A stretch of 64,000 nt of DNA, taken from assembly GCA_965203355.1 (NCBI GenBank), contig OZ241889.1, positions 2,240,001 through 2,304,000 on the forward strand, written 5' to 3'. The notes under the pieces were generated by a model that made no database searches, was not told the origin of the DNA, and saw nothing but the letters and a program-made list of their open reading frames with translations. Below are positions 40,500 through 49,865 of this stretch, one piece after another. The position numbers were made by a program, and so were the translations under genes. Position 1 is the stretch's first letter. Each line of letters starts with the position of its first letter. This stretch comes from Candidatus Latescibacterota bacterium. GTDB taxonomy: Bacteria; Latescibacterota; UBA2968; UBA8231.

Positions 40500-42263
40500 C
40501 GCGCACTTGTTGCAGCGACTTGAACTCGGCGAAGATAGCCGCTTTGAGTTTAAGGAAGCGGTGTTCGTTGACAATCGGGTTCGCGCTCCGCGTCGGGACG
40601 CTCTCGCCGACGAGTTGGCCGCTTTGGGCAACACCGTCGGCGGCACCTTGATCTTCAGCGTGTCCGACGCGGGCGCGGTGCGGCCGATGAGCCGCGCTCA
40701 GATGGATGCGTTGGAAATGTTCGTCAGCGAGATTTGTGCGGACAGCATCCATCCCCGGTTGGCCTACGTCACGCAGCGACTGGTGTTGGACGGTTCGTTT
40801 GTGTTGATCGTCGAGGTCGAACAGAGTGCGCTGGTCCACAAGAGTCCCGGGGGGTACTTTTCCCGCCAGGGTAGCACCAAGCGCGTGCTGTCGTCGGAGG
40901 CCTTAAAGCGTCTGTTTCAGCAGCGGGGGCGTTCTGGCCTGCTCGGCCCGGATGAAGCGATTGTTGCCCGTACCGGACTCAAGACGCTCGACGCGACCTT
41001 AGTGGATCGCTTCCTGAGTTCGCGTGCCACCGAGCCGTTGAGGATTCAGCTCGAGAAGCTGGGGTTGGTGCGAGAGGATGACCGGGGCGTACTGGGTGCA
41101 ACAGTCGCCGGGGTGCTGCTTTGCACTGAACACCCGGAGGCGTACCTAAGCGGCGCGATGATCGAAGCGGTTTGCTATCGCGGCACGGTGCGCGGCCGGG
41201 CGAGTCAGCACGACGCTGCCTCTATTACCGGCCCGCTGGATCAGCAGATCCGCGCTGCGGTCAACTTCGTCAGACGCAATACGTGGGTAGCGGCGCGCAA
41301 GGATCCCGGGCGAGTAGAGATTCCGCAATTTAGTCCGCGCGCCCTGTTTGAGGCCATCGTCAACGCGGTGGTACACCGCGACTACTCAATGGAGAACGCC
41401 AAGATCCGGCTCTTTGTTTTTGATGATCGCCTTGAGTTGTACTCACCGGGGGCCTTGCCTAACACGCTGACCATTGAGGCCATGCGGAATCGACAAGCCA
41501 CCCGCAACGAAACGCTCGTGTCGGTCCTCCGTCGGCTCGCGGTAGGGGATATGGCCGGTACTGGCGACCGGCAGTACTTCTTGGAAGAACGCGGCGAAGG
41601 GGTTTCGATTATCTACGAGCAGACCCAAGGGCTGACCGGACGCGACCCAGCATACGAACTGTTCGACGGTGCGGAACTGCGGCTGACCATTCCTGCTGCC
41701 CCCCCGCCGGTTCATGGCATTGAGGGGGAGGTGTTGGTGTCGGCCGCTGGTCGGCCGCTCGCCGGGGCAAAGGTCGTTGCGCTGTACCCCAACAAGACTT
41801 GGATGGAGGAGGAAACCGATGCGTTTGGGCGGGTCCATTTCGGGTTTCACTCGGAACTCCCCATCACCGTTTTCTGCGCGGCACCGGGCCATGCCGCCCA
41901 CGTGGAGCGGGATTGGCTCCCGCCGAAACCCCTTGACGTGCCGCTCGCACGGTTGCCGCTGGGCGGCTCAACGGTATTCACGGACGGGAGCGGACACTTG
42001 CCCGATTTGACCGGGCGGCTGAATCCGATCCTCGACGATCGCGATCGCATGTACCTGTACGCGACAAATGTCGCCATTGATGAAGGCAAGCAGCAGCCGG
42101 TTCACTTCAAATTGAACCAGCCCTTGCGGCTTACGGATGTCAACGGGTTTGAGTGGATCGTGCGGTTCGTTGAGATGATCGGAACGTCGGTGCTGTTGGA
42201 ATACGAAGCCGCGTCCGACAAAGCTCCGCGATGAGGATGCGAATGCGTTCAATCGGTTGGTTG
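40421..42263 (+). repeat. 20-bp direct repeat (40421-40440 and 42244-42263) flanking the AlbA_2 gene
   Basis: TGCGTTCAATCGGTTGGTTG twice; the second copy continues as a Res-like tail (NAFNRLVGGFRAME*). Confidence 0.88.
40486..42234 (+). CDS. AlbA_2/Schlafen domain + HATPase_c_4 protein with C-terminal beta-rich domain
   Basis: GEDSRFEFKE, ALGNTVGGTLIF, EAIVNAVVHRDYS, FDDRLELYSPG, EERGEG. Confidence 0.85.
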   Translation: MLWDSAHLLQRLELGEDSRFEFKEAVFVDNRVRAPRRDALADELAALGNTVGGTLIFSVSDAGAVRPMSRAQMDALEMFVSEICADSIHPRLAYVTQRLVLDGSFVLIVEVEQSALVHKSPGGYFSRQGSTKRVLSSEALKRLFQQRGRSGLLGPDEAIVARTGLKTLDATLVDRFLSSRATEPLRIQLEKLGLVREDDRGVLGATVAGVLLCTEHPEAYLSGAMIEAVCYRGTVRGRASQHDAASITGPLDQQIRAAVNFVRRNTWVAARKDPGRVEIPQFSPRALFEAIVNAVVHRDYSMENAKIRLFVFDDRLELYSPGALPNTLTIEAMRNRQATRNETLVSVLRRLAVGDMAGTGDRQYFLEERGEGVSIIYEQTQGLTGRDPAYELFDGAELRLTIPAAPPPVHGIEGEVLVSAAGRPLAGAKVVALYPNKTWMEEETDAFGRVHFGFHSELPITVFCAAPGHAAHVERDWLPPKPLDVPLARLPLGGSTVFTDGSGHLPDLTGRLNPILDDRDRMYLYATNVAIDEGKQQPVHFKLNQPLRLTDVNGFEWIVRFVEMIGTSVLLEYEAASDKAPR

Positions 42264-42332
42264 GGGGATTTCGGGCAATGGAGTAGGGGAGTTGGAAAGC
42301 TATAATTGATTTAACTGACGAGGGAGGAAGCC

Positions 42333-42536
42333 ATGAAACTGAAAGTTGTGATTCACAAAGCGGAAGAAGGTGGATATTGGGCAGAAGTACCCGCTATCCC
42401 CGGCTGCGCCACACAAGGGGAATCCTTCGAAGATCTGCTGACCAACCTCTACGAGGCTGTCGAAGGTTGTCTGTCCGTCGAGGTGCGCGACATTCCTATA
42501 TCGGAGCAGGACAAGGTGATCGAAATCGCCGTATGA
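42333..42536 (+). CDS. hicB: HicB-family antitoxin (short, no DNA-binding domain)
   Basis: [27 protein letters not shown]. Confidence 0.92.
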   Translation: MKLKVVIHKAEEGGYWAEVPAIPGCATQGESFEDLLTNLYEAVEGCLSVEVRDIPISEQDKVIEIAV

Positions 42537-42688
42537 AGGTCGTTAGCGGCAAGCAGTTTTGTAAGCTGATCGAGTCGCGGGGGTGGCAGTTGAAGCGCAT
42601 CAACGGAAGCCACTATTGCCGTGAAGGGCGGGTGTTGAGCATTGATCGGGTTCGTGCCGAAGTGCTGATTAACCAAGAGCAACTTTAG
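42533..42688 (+). pseudogene. hicA: HicA toxin, truncated after the GSH motif
   Basis: ATGA overlap with hicB; [27 protein letters not shown] followed by unrelated sequence, no VPxH motif. Confidence 0.75.
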
Positions 42689-42730
42689 CGAAAAGCCCTG
42701 TTGAACAGGACCAACGAGGACTCCGTATAA

Positions 42731-45697
42731 ATGGCGAAACGAAAATCGACTAAAACCGTTGAAACGTTGCGGCATCAAGACGCATCGCGGAAGAACATTC
42801 CCACGGCTGAGTATCAGGCGGTGATGGCCGACGACGACCGGAATCCGATTCAGGTTGCGTATGAGCGGCGCAATCGGGATCTCGATCCGCAGCTTGTTTG
42901 GCGCGGCAAGGACGAGCAGGACGGGTCGGATTTGGTGGTGCAAGCGCCGCCGCTGTTCATTCAGGAGAAGGTGCATCCGAAAGTGTTGATCGATGATTTG
43001 CGGCAGCGGAGCGGCGCGTCGAGCGCACAGACGGATTTGTTCGCGGATTTTAATGGGCTGCCGAGCGCGGACGCTCAGACCGAGTTTTACCAGCACGACG
43101 CGAACTGGTCGAATCGGATGATTCTCGGCGACAGCTTGCAGGTGATGGCGTCACTGGCCGAGCGCGAGGGTCTGCGCGGTAAGGTGCAGTGCATCTACAT
43201 TGACCCGCCGTATGGGATCAAGTTCAACTCGAACTTTCAGTGGTCCACCACCAGCCGCGACGTGCGCGATGGCAAGGCCGAGCACATTACCCGCGAGCCA
43301 GAGCAGGTGAAGGCGTTTCGGGATACGTGGCGCGATGGGATTCATTCGTATTTGACGTATTTGCGGGATCGGCTGACGGTGGCGCGGGATTTGTTGGCGG
43401 AGAGTGGGTCGGTTTTTGTGCAAATTGGCGACGAGAATGTGCATCGGGTGCGGGCGGTGATGGATGAGGTTTTTGGGGAGGAGAATTTTGTCTCGATGAT
43501 TTACTTCGCCACGACTAGTGGATTTTCTACATCGGAAATCAGCCGCGTTGGTGATTACTTGATTTGGTACGCAAAAAGCAAAAGTGAAACCAAATACCGA
43601 GAATTGTATGTTCCAAAAGGTAGTATCGGGAGCGGTGTTGAATCTTACAGGTTTTTGGCACTCTCTGACGGAACTCAGCGATCTATGACAAGAGAAGAGC
43701 GTGAAGGCCATACTGCTTTGCCTGAAGGCAGCAAGATTTTTCGACGCAGCGACTTACAGAGTAAAGGGACTGCATCTCAGGATACTCCTGTTCAGTATGA
43801 AGGTCGCATTTTCCGTCCTTTATCAAATAGTCACTGGAAAGCAAACTGGCCAGACGGAATGGAAAAACTCAAACTTTCTGGTCGCGTTACTATTGTCGGA
43901 AATCGACTTTGCTACATTCGTTACTCCAACGATTATCCAGTGCAGCAGCTTACCAACTCTTGGATGGATACAGGATTTGGTTATGCTGCAACGGATAAAC
44001 AATATGTTGTCCAAACGCACGAGAAAGTCATCCAACGCTGCATCCTAATGACCACCGACCCCGGCGACCTCGTCCTCGACCCCACCTGCGGCTCCGGCAC
44101 GACAGCCTATGTCGCCGAGCAGTGGGGCCGCCGCTGGATCACCATTGACACTTCCCGCGTGGCCCTCGCGCTGGCCCGCGCCCGCATCATGGGCGCCCGC
44201 TACCCTTGGTACATCCTCGCCGACAGCCGCGAAGGGCAGCGCAAAGAAGCCGCACTCGCCCGCCAAGTCCCCTCGGAAGCACCCACATACCACGACATTC
44301 GCCAAGGCTTCGTGTACGAGCGCGTCCCCCACATCACGCTCAAATCCATCGCCAACAACGCCGAAATCGACGTAATCTATGAAAAATTCCAAGCAACGCT
44401 GGAGCCGCTGCGGACGGAATTGAACGCCGCGCTCGGCACGTCCTACGAAGAATGGGAAATCCCCCGCGAGGCCAGCGACGCTTGGCCCGCAGCGGTCGGC
44501 AAAATGCACGCGGACTGGTGGGAACAGCGCATCGCCCGGCAAAAGGAAATCGACGCCTCCATCGCCGCCCAAGCCGACTGCGAATACCTCTACGACAAAC
44601 CCTACGAAGACAACAAAAAAGTCCGCGTGGCCGGCCCGTTTACGGTGGAAAGCCTGTCGCCGCACCGCTTCTTGGGCGTTGATGAAAACGACGAACTCAT
44701 CGACCATGTCGCCGAAAGCAAGTTGGGGTACGACGAAAAGCAGGACTTCGCTGCCATGATCCTCGACCACCTCAAAACCGCCGGCGTCCAACAGGCGCAC
44801 AAAGAAGACCGCATCGCCTTCGCCGGGATCAGACCTTGGCCCGGAGCGCGCGTCTGCGCCGAGGGAACCTACGTTGAAGGCAACGCCGACTCGGGTGCTG
44901 AAAAACGCGCTGGCATCTTCATCGGCCCGGAGTTCGGCACGGTCTCGCGCCCAGACCTCGTAGAAGCGGTGCGCGAGGCTGCCGACGCCGACTTTGATGT
45001 GCTGGTCGCCTGCGCCTTCAACTTTGACGCCCACGCCTCGGAGTTCAATCGGCTGGGCCGCGTTCCAGTTCTCAAGGCCCGCATGAACGCGGATCTCCAC
45101 ATGGCCGACGACCTCAAAAACACCGGCCAAGGCAACCTTTTTGTCATCTTCGGCGAACCGGATATTACAGTGGTCAGTGGTCCGTGGCTAGTGACCAGTG
45201 GGGGAGAAAAATGGGCAAACTATGAACAGGTTAAAGAGCTATCAGGACTTGGAAGTTTGGCAGAAATCAATCGAGCGGGCAAAGATGGTCTATCCACTCT
45301 CGCGCCGAAACTCGCTGCGATCCAGAAGCTGACGCCCGCGGATTTCCCCCTAACACTGACCACGGACGACTGGTCACAGGTCACTGTCCACGGCGTAGAC
45401 GTGTTCCATCCCAACACCGGTGAAATCCGCAGCAGCAGCACCGATGGCATTGCCTGCTGGTTTGTCGATACCGACTACAACGAAGAAAGTTTCTTCGTCC
45501 GCCACGCATACTTTCTCGGAGCCAGCGATCCGTACAAAGCACTGCGGACGACGCTCAAAGCCGAGATCAATCAAGGCGCTTGGGAAACCCTCCACAGCGA
45601 CACCTCCCGTCCTTTTGCCCCGCCCACGTCCGGCCGCATCGCCGTGAAGGTGATCAATCACTTGGGGGACGAGGTGATGAAGGTGTTTCGGGTGTGA
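42731..45697 (+). CDS. mod: Type III-like adenine DNA methyltransferase (Mod, beta class)
   Basis: YIDPPYG (motif IV), low-GC TRD region ~43490-44040, VLDPTCGSGTT (motif I), IAVKVIN..GDE C-terminus. Confidence 0.94.
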   Translation: MAKRKSTKTVETLRHQDASRKNIPTAEYQAVMADDDRNPIQVAYERRNRDLDPQLVWRGKDEQDGSDLVVQAPPLFIQEKVHPKVLIDDLRQRSGASSAQTDLFADFNGLPSADAQTEFYQHDANWSNRMILGDSLQVMASLAEREGLRGKVQCIYIDPPYGIKFNSNFQWSTTSRDVRDGKAEHITREPEQVKAFRDTWRDGIHSYLTYLRDRLTVARDLLAESGSVFVQIGDENVHRVRAVMDEVFGEENFVSMIYFATTSGFSTSEISRVGDYLIWYAKSKSETKYRELYVPKGSIGSGVESYRFLALSDGTQRSMTREEREGHTALPEGSKIFRRSDLQSKGTASQDTPVQYEGRIFRPLSNSHWKANWPDGMEKLKLSGRVTIVGNRLCYIRYSNDYPVQQLTNSWMDTGFGYAATDKQYVVQTHEKVIQRCILMTTDPGDLVLDPTCGSGTTAYVAEQWGRRWITIDTSRVALALARARIMGARYPWYILADSREGQRKEAALARQVPSEAPTYHDIRQGFVYERVPHITLKSIANNAEIDVIYEKFQATLEPLRTELNAALGTSYEEWEIPREASDAWPAAVGKMHADWWEQRIARQKEIDASIAAQADCEYLYDKPYEDNKKVRVAGPFTVESLSPHRFLGVDENDELIDHVAESKLGYDEKQDFAAMILDHLKTAGVQQAHKEDRIAFAGIRPWPGARVCAEGTYVEGNADSGAEKRAGIFIGPEFGTVSRPDLVEAVREAADADFDVLVACAFNFDAHASEFNRLGRVPVLKARMNADLHMADDLKNTGQGNLFVIFGEPDITVVSGPWLVTSGGEKWANYEQVKELSGLGSLAEINRAGKDGLSTLAPKLAAIQKLTPADFPLTLTTDDWSQVTVHGVDVFHPNTGEIRSSSTDGIACWFVDTDYNEESFFVRHAYFLGASDPYKALRTTLKAEINQGAWETLHSDTSRPFAPPTSGRIAVKVINHLGDEVMKVFRV
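45167..45387 (+). mobile_element. Heptamer-IR-flanked cassette read in frame within mod
   Basis: Left arm CAGTGGT CAGTGGT CCGTGGC TAGTGAC CAGTGGG (45168-45202); right arm AACACTG ACCACGG ACGACTG GTCACAG GTCACTG (45352-45386), the reverse-complement type. Confidence 0.75.
45222..45332 (+). pseudogene. Internally deleted four-helix-bundle (23S rRNA IVS/Avd-like) gene in the +1 frame of mod
   Basis: Translates MNRLKSYQDLEVWQKSIERAKMVYPLSRRNSLRSRS*; SYxDLxVWQKS is the hallmark N-terminus of this family; GGGGAG upstream. Confidence 0.8.
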
Positions 45698-45733
45698 GGG
45701 CCTTATCACTCACTGATTACCGGGAATTCGAGC

Positions 45734-47446
45734 GTGAGTTTCAACACGGCTAATAGCACATTTCGCCAGTTGATGGCCAATGGGACGAGCTATCGCGTAC
45801 CATTGTTCCAACGCGACTACTCTTGGGGGGCTGACGAGTGGGATGACCTGTGGCAGGATCTTGTTGCGCTGTTCGGCGAGGATCCGGAACCGGCTCACTA
45901 CATGGGCTATCTCGTGCTGCAATCAGACGATAACAGATCGTTCGACATCATCGATGGACAGCAGCGCATGACCACGCTGAGTTTGTTGATGCTGGCGGCG
46001 GTGGCGCATCTGATGGACTTGGCCGTGCCGAATGATCCGAATGACCCGCAACATCGGCGCGCTGAGCAGTTGCGGAGCAATTACATCGGCTATTTGGATC
46101 CAGTCAGCCTAGTGCCGCGCTCCAAGCTGACGCTCAATCGGCACAATGATCGATTGTACCAGCATTACTTGGTTCCCTTGGAGCATTTGCCGCAAAAAGG
46201 ATTGAACGCATCGGAACGTCTTTTGGGCCGGGCGTTTGTTTGGTTTAAGGAGTGCATTGAGCAACGCTGCGGTGATGATGGGGAGTCGGTGGCGCGCTTT
46301 GTCGATGGCGTGGTGGATAAGCTCTTTTTCACCATCATTACCGTGACCGACGAATTGAATGCGTTCAAGGTGTTTGAGACGCTCAATGCGCGCGGTGTGC
46401 GTTTGTCTGCTACTGATTTGCTGAAAAATTACTTGTTCTCGGTTGTCTCGCGTGGTAATGCGCACGAATCCGAGATCAACGCCTTGGAAGAGCGTTGGGA
46501 AAATATCGTCGGGCTGTTGGGCAGCGAGAGCTTCCCCGAGTTTTTGCGCGTCTTCTGGAACAGCCGCAACAAACTGGTGCGCAAGGCGGATTTGTTCAAA
46601 ACCATGCGCAGTGCCATCAGCGATAGAGCGGGTGTGTTTCGGTTGGTCCGCCATATGGACCGACACGCACGGATATATGTGGCCCTGCGCGACCCGGAAG
46701 ACGATTCTTGGACCGCAGCCGAGCGCGAAAGCCTGGCCCAGTTGCGGATTTTCAACGTGCGTCAGCCATTGGCGTTATTGCTGGCGGCATTTGAACAATT
46801 TGCGGAACGCGACCGCGCTGACTTTGAACGTTTTTTGCAGGCTATCGCGGTAGTATCGTTTCGCTACAACGTGATTTGTGGTCGCCAAAGCAACGAGCTG
46901 GAAGTCGTGTATAACCAGATCGCCCGCGCGTTATCGGCCGGTGAAATTGACAGCGCACAAGAAGCCGTTGCAAGGCTGCGGCCGGTCTATCCCGGAGACG
47001 CGGAATTTAGGGCGGCGTTTGCAGATAAGGCACTGCAAACAACGAGTGCCCGCAACAAGAAAGTCGTGTGCTTTATACTATTCCGGCTCGAAGCAAAGCT
47101 ATCGGGACAGCGCTTTGAAGAAGCGAGCGCGAAATACAACATTGAGCACGTGTTGCCGGAGAATCCGCACGATGCTTGGCACGAGTTTGACGACCAGCAG
47201 CGCGAGGCATCTACCTACCTGCTAGGTAACATGACCCTTTTGACGACTGCGGACAATCGCGCGTTGGGCAATGCGAGATACGACGAAAAGCAATCGGTTT
47301 ATCAGCAGAGCGACTTTGCTATCACCCGTGCGCTGGCAGAACATTACGACACTTGGACTATGGAGAAGATTCGCAGCCGTCAAGCTTGGATGGCAAGACA
47401 GGCTACCGACATTTGGCGGATTGGTTTCCACTCGCCAACGCTTTGA
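45734..47446 (+). CDS. GmrSD-type (DUF262 + DUF1524/HNH) modification-dependent restriction protein
   Basis: VPLFQRDYSW, IIDGQQRMTT, FETLNARG, IEHVLPE, LGNMTLL...N. Confidence 0.93.
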   Translation: MSFNTANSTFRQLMANGTSYRVPLFQRDYSWGADEWDDLWQDLVALFGEDPEPAHYMGYLVLQSDDNRSFDIIDGQQRMTTLSLLMLAAVAHLMDLAVPNDPNDPQHRRAEQLRSNYIGYLDPVSLVPRSKLTLNRHNDRLYQHYLVPLEHLPQKGLNASERLLGRAFVWFKECIEQRCGDDGESVARFVDGVVDKLFFTIITVTDELNAFKVFETLNARGVRLSATDLLKNYLFSVVSRGNAHESEINALEERWENIVGLLGSESFPEFLRVFWNSRNKLVRKADLFKTMRSAISDRAGVFRLVRHMDRHARIYVALRDPEDDSWTAAERESLAQLRIFNVRQPLALLLAAFEQFAERDRADFERFLQAIAVVSFRYNVICGRQSNELEVVYNQIARALSAGEIDSAQEAVARLRPVYPGDAEFRAAFADKALQTTSARNKKVVCFILFRLEAKLSGQRFEEASAKYNIEHVLPENPHDAWHEFDDQQREASTYLLGNMTLLTTADNRALGNARYDEKQSVYQQSDFAITRALAEHYDTWTMEKIRSRQAWMARQATDIWRIGFHSPTL

Positions 47447-47509
47447 CGCGACCGCGGCAGTCGCATTTAACCGCCGACGTACGAGCTCCCAACGCAGACA
47501 GAAATACAA

Positions 47510-47537
47510 TAGGGGCACCCACAAGGGGTGCCCCTAC
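47510..47537 (-). repeat. REP-like palindrome with GTAG foot
   Basis: Minus strand GTAGGGGCACCCCTTGTGGGTGCCCCTA between convergent genes. Confidence 0.7.
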
Positions 47538-47562
47538 GCTAGCGTCGCGTGTTTAACGCGCC

Positions 47563-49482
47563 CTACTTCTTGTCGTCGTCCACGACCTTGAAGTCCGCAT
47601 CTACTGCGCCCGCATCCCCGCCCCCTGGCGGCTGATCGGCGGCCCCTTCTGGTGCTGGCTCGCCTTGGGCCTGTTGGGCTTGGGCGTCCTTGTACATTTG
47701 CTCGGCCAGCTTGTGCGACGCCTGTTGCAGCGCGGTCGTGGCCTGCGCGATGGCCGCGTCGTCCGTGCCTTCGAGTGCTTCCTTGAGCGCGGCGATGGCG
47801 TCCTCAACGCCTTTCTTGTCGGCGTCGGTCAGCTTATCGCCGTGTTCGGCGAGCGATTTTTCCGTCGAGTAGATTAGCTGGTCGGCCTCGTTGCGGCGAT
47901 CGATGACCTCGCGTCGCTTTTTGTCTTCGTCGGCGTGGGTCTCGGCGTCCTTCTGCATGGAGTCGATTTCCTCTTGGCTCAAGCCCGAAGACGACTCAAT
48001 GCGGATGGATTGCTCCTTGTTGGTGCCCTTGTCCTTGGCCGCGACATTGAGGATGCCGTTGGCGTCGATGTCGAAAGTGACCTCGATCTGGGGCATGCCG
48101 CGCGGGGCCGAGGGGATGTCGTTGAGGTGGAAGCGGCCGAGCGTGCGGTTGTCGTTGGCAAACTCGCGCTCGCCTTGCAGCACGTGGACTTCCACCGAGG
48201 GCTGGTTGTCCGCGGCCGTGGAAAAGATCTGGCTCTTTTTGGTGGGGATGGTGGTGTTGCGGTCGATGAGCCGGGTCATCACCCCGCCCATAGTTTCGAT
48301 CCCCAGCGAGAGCGGCGTGACGTCGAGCAGCAAGATATCGTCGACGTCGCCAGCGAGCACGCCGGCTTGGATGGCCGCGCCCAAGGCTACCACCTCGTCC
48401 GGGTTGACGCCGCGATGCGGCTCCCGGCCGAAAAGCGCTTGGACCACGGCTTGGATTTTTGGGATGCGCGTCGAGCCACCGACCAGAATCACTTGGTCGA
48501 TTTCGCTGGGCTGTAGATCGGCATCGGCGAGGGCCTGCTGACACGGAGTCTTGGTGCGCTCTATCAGGTCGTCTACCAAGCGCTCGAACTGAGAGCGGGA
48601 CAGCGTGGCTTGCAAATGCTTAGGCCCGGTCTGATCGGCGGTGATAAACGGCAGGTTAATATCGGTCGAAGTGGAGGACGACAGCTCAATTTTGGCCTTT
48701 TCGGCGGCTTCCTTGAGCCGTTGCAAGGCCATTGGGTCTTGGCGCAGGTCAATGCCCTCTTGCTGTTTGAAATCCTCGGCGAGCCAGTCGATAATCTTCT
48801 GGTCAAAGTCGTCGCCGCCAAGGTGGGTGTCGCCGTTGGTGGATTTGACCTCGAAGACGCCTTCGCCCAGTTCGAGGATGGAAATGTCGAAGGTGCCGCC
48901 GCCGAGGTCGTACACGGCGATCTGCTCGTGGGTGCCGCCCTTGTCCAGGCCGTAGGCCAGCGCGGCCGCGGTCGGCTCGTTGACGATGCGCAAAACCTCC
49001 AAGCCGGCGATGGTGCCCGCGTCCTTGGTGGCTTGGCGCTGGGAGTCGTTGAAATAGGCCGGCACGGTGACGACCGCTTGTTTTACTTCTTCGCCCAGAT
49101 AGTCTTCGGCTGTCTGCTTCATCTTTTGCAAGATCATGGCCGAGATTTCCGGCGGCGTGTATTCCTTGCCGTCGATTTTGGCCACAGCCATGTCGCGGCT
49201 ACCGGCGGCCACTTCGTAGGGGACTTCGCTTATTTCGGTGGCGACCTCGTCGTAGCGGCGGCCCATGAAGCGCTTGATCGAATAGACTGTGTTTTGCGGG
49301 TTGGTGACGGCTTGGCGTTTGGCGGTCTGGCCGACAAGGCGCTCGCTGTCTTTGGTGAAGGCGACCATTGAGGGCGTGGTGCGGCCTCCTTCGGAATTGG
49401 CGATGACCTCTGCGTCTTGACCTTCGATGACGGCCACGCACGAGTTGGTGGTACCTAAGTCGATACCGATGACTTTAGCCAT
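47563..49482 (-). CDS. dnaK: Chaperone DnaK (Hsp70)
   Basis: [40 protein letters not shown]. Confidence 0.98.
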   Translation of the reverse strand: MAKVIGIDLGTTNSCVAVIEGQDAEVIANSEGGRTTPSMVAFTKDSERLVGQTAKRQAVTNPQNTVYSIKRFMGRRYDEVATEISEVPYEVAAGSRDMAVAKIDGKEYTPPEISAMILQKMKQTAEDYLGEEVKQAVVTVPAYFNDSQRQATKDAGTIAGLEVLRIVNEPTAAALAYGLDKGGTHEQIAVYDLGGGTFDISILELGEGVFEVKSTNGDTHLGGDDFDQKIIDWLAEDFKQQEGIDLRQDPMALQRLKEAAEKAKIELSSSTSTDINLPFITADQTGPKHLQATLSRSQFERLVDDLIERTKTPCQQALADADLQPSEIDQVILVGGSTRIPKIQAVVQALFGREPHRGVNPDEVVALGAAIQAGVLAGDVDDILLLDVTPLSLGIETMGGVMTRLIDRNTTIPTKKSQIFSTAADNQPSVEVHVLQGEREFANDNRTLGRFHLNDIPSAPRGMPQIEVTFDIDANGILNVAAKDKGTNKEQSIRIESSSGLSQEEIDSMQKDAETHADEDKKRREVIDRRNEADQLIYSTEKSLAEHGDKLTDADKKGVEDAIAALKEALEGTDDAAIAQATTALQQASHKLAEQMYKDAQAQQAQGEPAPEGAADQPPGGGDAGAVDADFKVVDDDKK

Positions 49483-49656
49483 GTTTTTTCCTTTCGAGAA
49501 TTGAGAGGTTGGTTGGTGAAGTTGCTAGGGACCTTCAGGCGAGAATCACTACGCAATCGCGCTTGCTTTGGCGGTGATCATGCACTTTCATGGTGAGTCC
49601 CGTTTATCTATTCCCTTCATAATGAGCAAAGGAGTGTGTTCCAACAAAGCCTCGTC

Positions 49657-49690
49657 AAACTAAAGGAGACCGGAAACTAAAGGAGACCGG
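49657..49690. repeat. Perfect 17-bp tandem duplication
   Basis: AAACTAAAGGAGACCGG x2. Confidence 0.9.
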
Positions 49691-49849
49691 CCTTTCCGCA
49701 ACTCGTTCTGAACAAAATCGACATCGGAATCTATGCGAAAGACAAAGCAGCGTTGCTCCGGCATTAATGACTCTCCTTCTTATGATCGTTTGCTGGACGC
49801 CGTTGTTTGGTATCTCCAGCCTGTAGCGTCCAAGAGACCATTTTAGAGA

Positions 49850-49865
49850 AGCAAGTCTCGTGCCA
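49850..49865 (-). promoter_or_regulatory. Sigma54 (-24/-12) promoter oriented toward dnaK
   Basis: TGGCAC-GAGAC-TTGCT matches the consensus; AT-rich tract and candidate activator sites upstream. Confidence 0.75.

Noticed and set aside
39063-40646. Long antisense ORFs (e.g. 527 aa opposite res; others opposite gnd, mod, dnaK and the SDR)
   Set aside because: Shadow ORFs expected from high-GC codon bias; no motifs or RBS
45222-45332. Diversity-generating retroelement suggested by the Avd-like relic
   Set aside because: No reverse transcriptase or TR/VR pair was seen in the window
45167-45387. Intein or group I/II intron in mod
   Set aside because: No Cys/Ser...His-Asn intein ends, and no recognisable group I/II intron boundary or core motifs
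42731-45697. Phase-variable mod (phasevarion)
   Set aside because: No perfect simple-sequence repeat tract; the heptamer arrays are degenerate and paired as inverted arms
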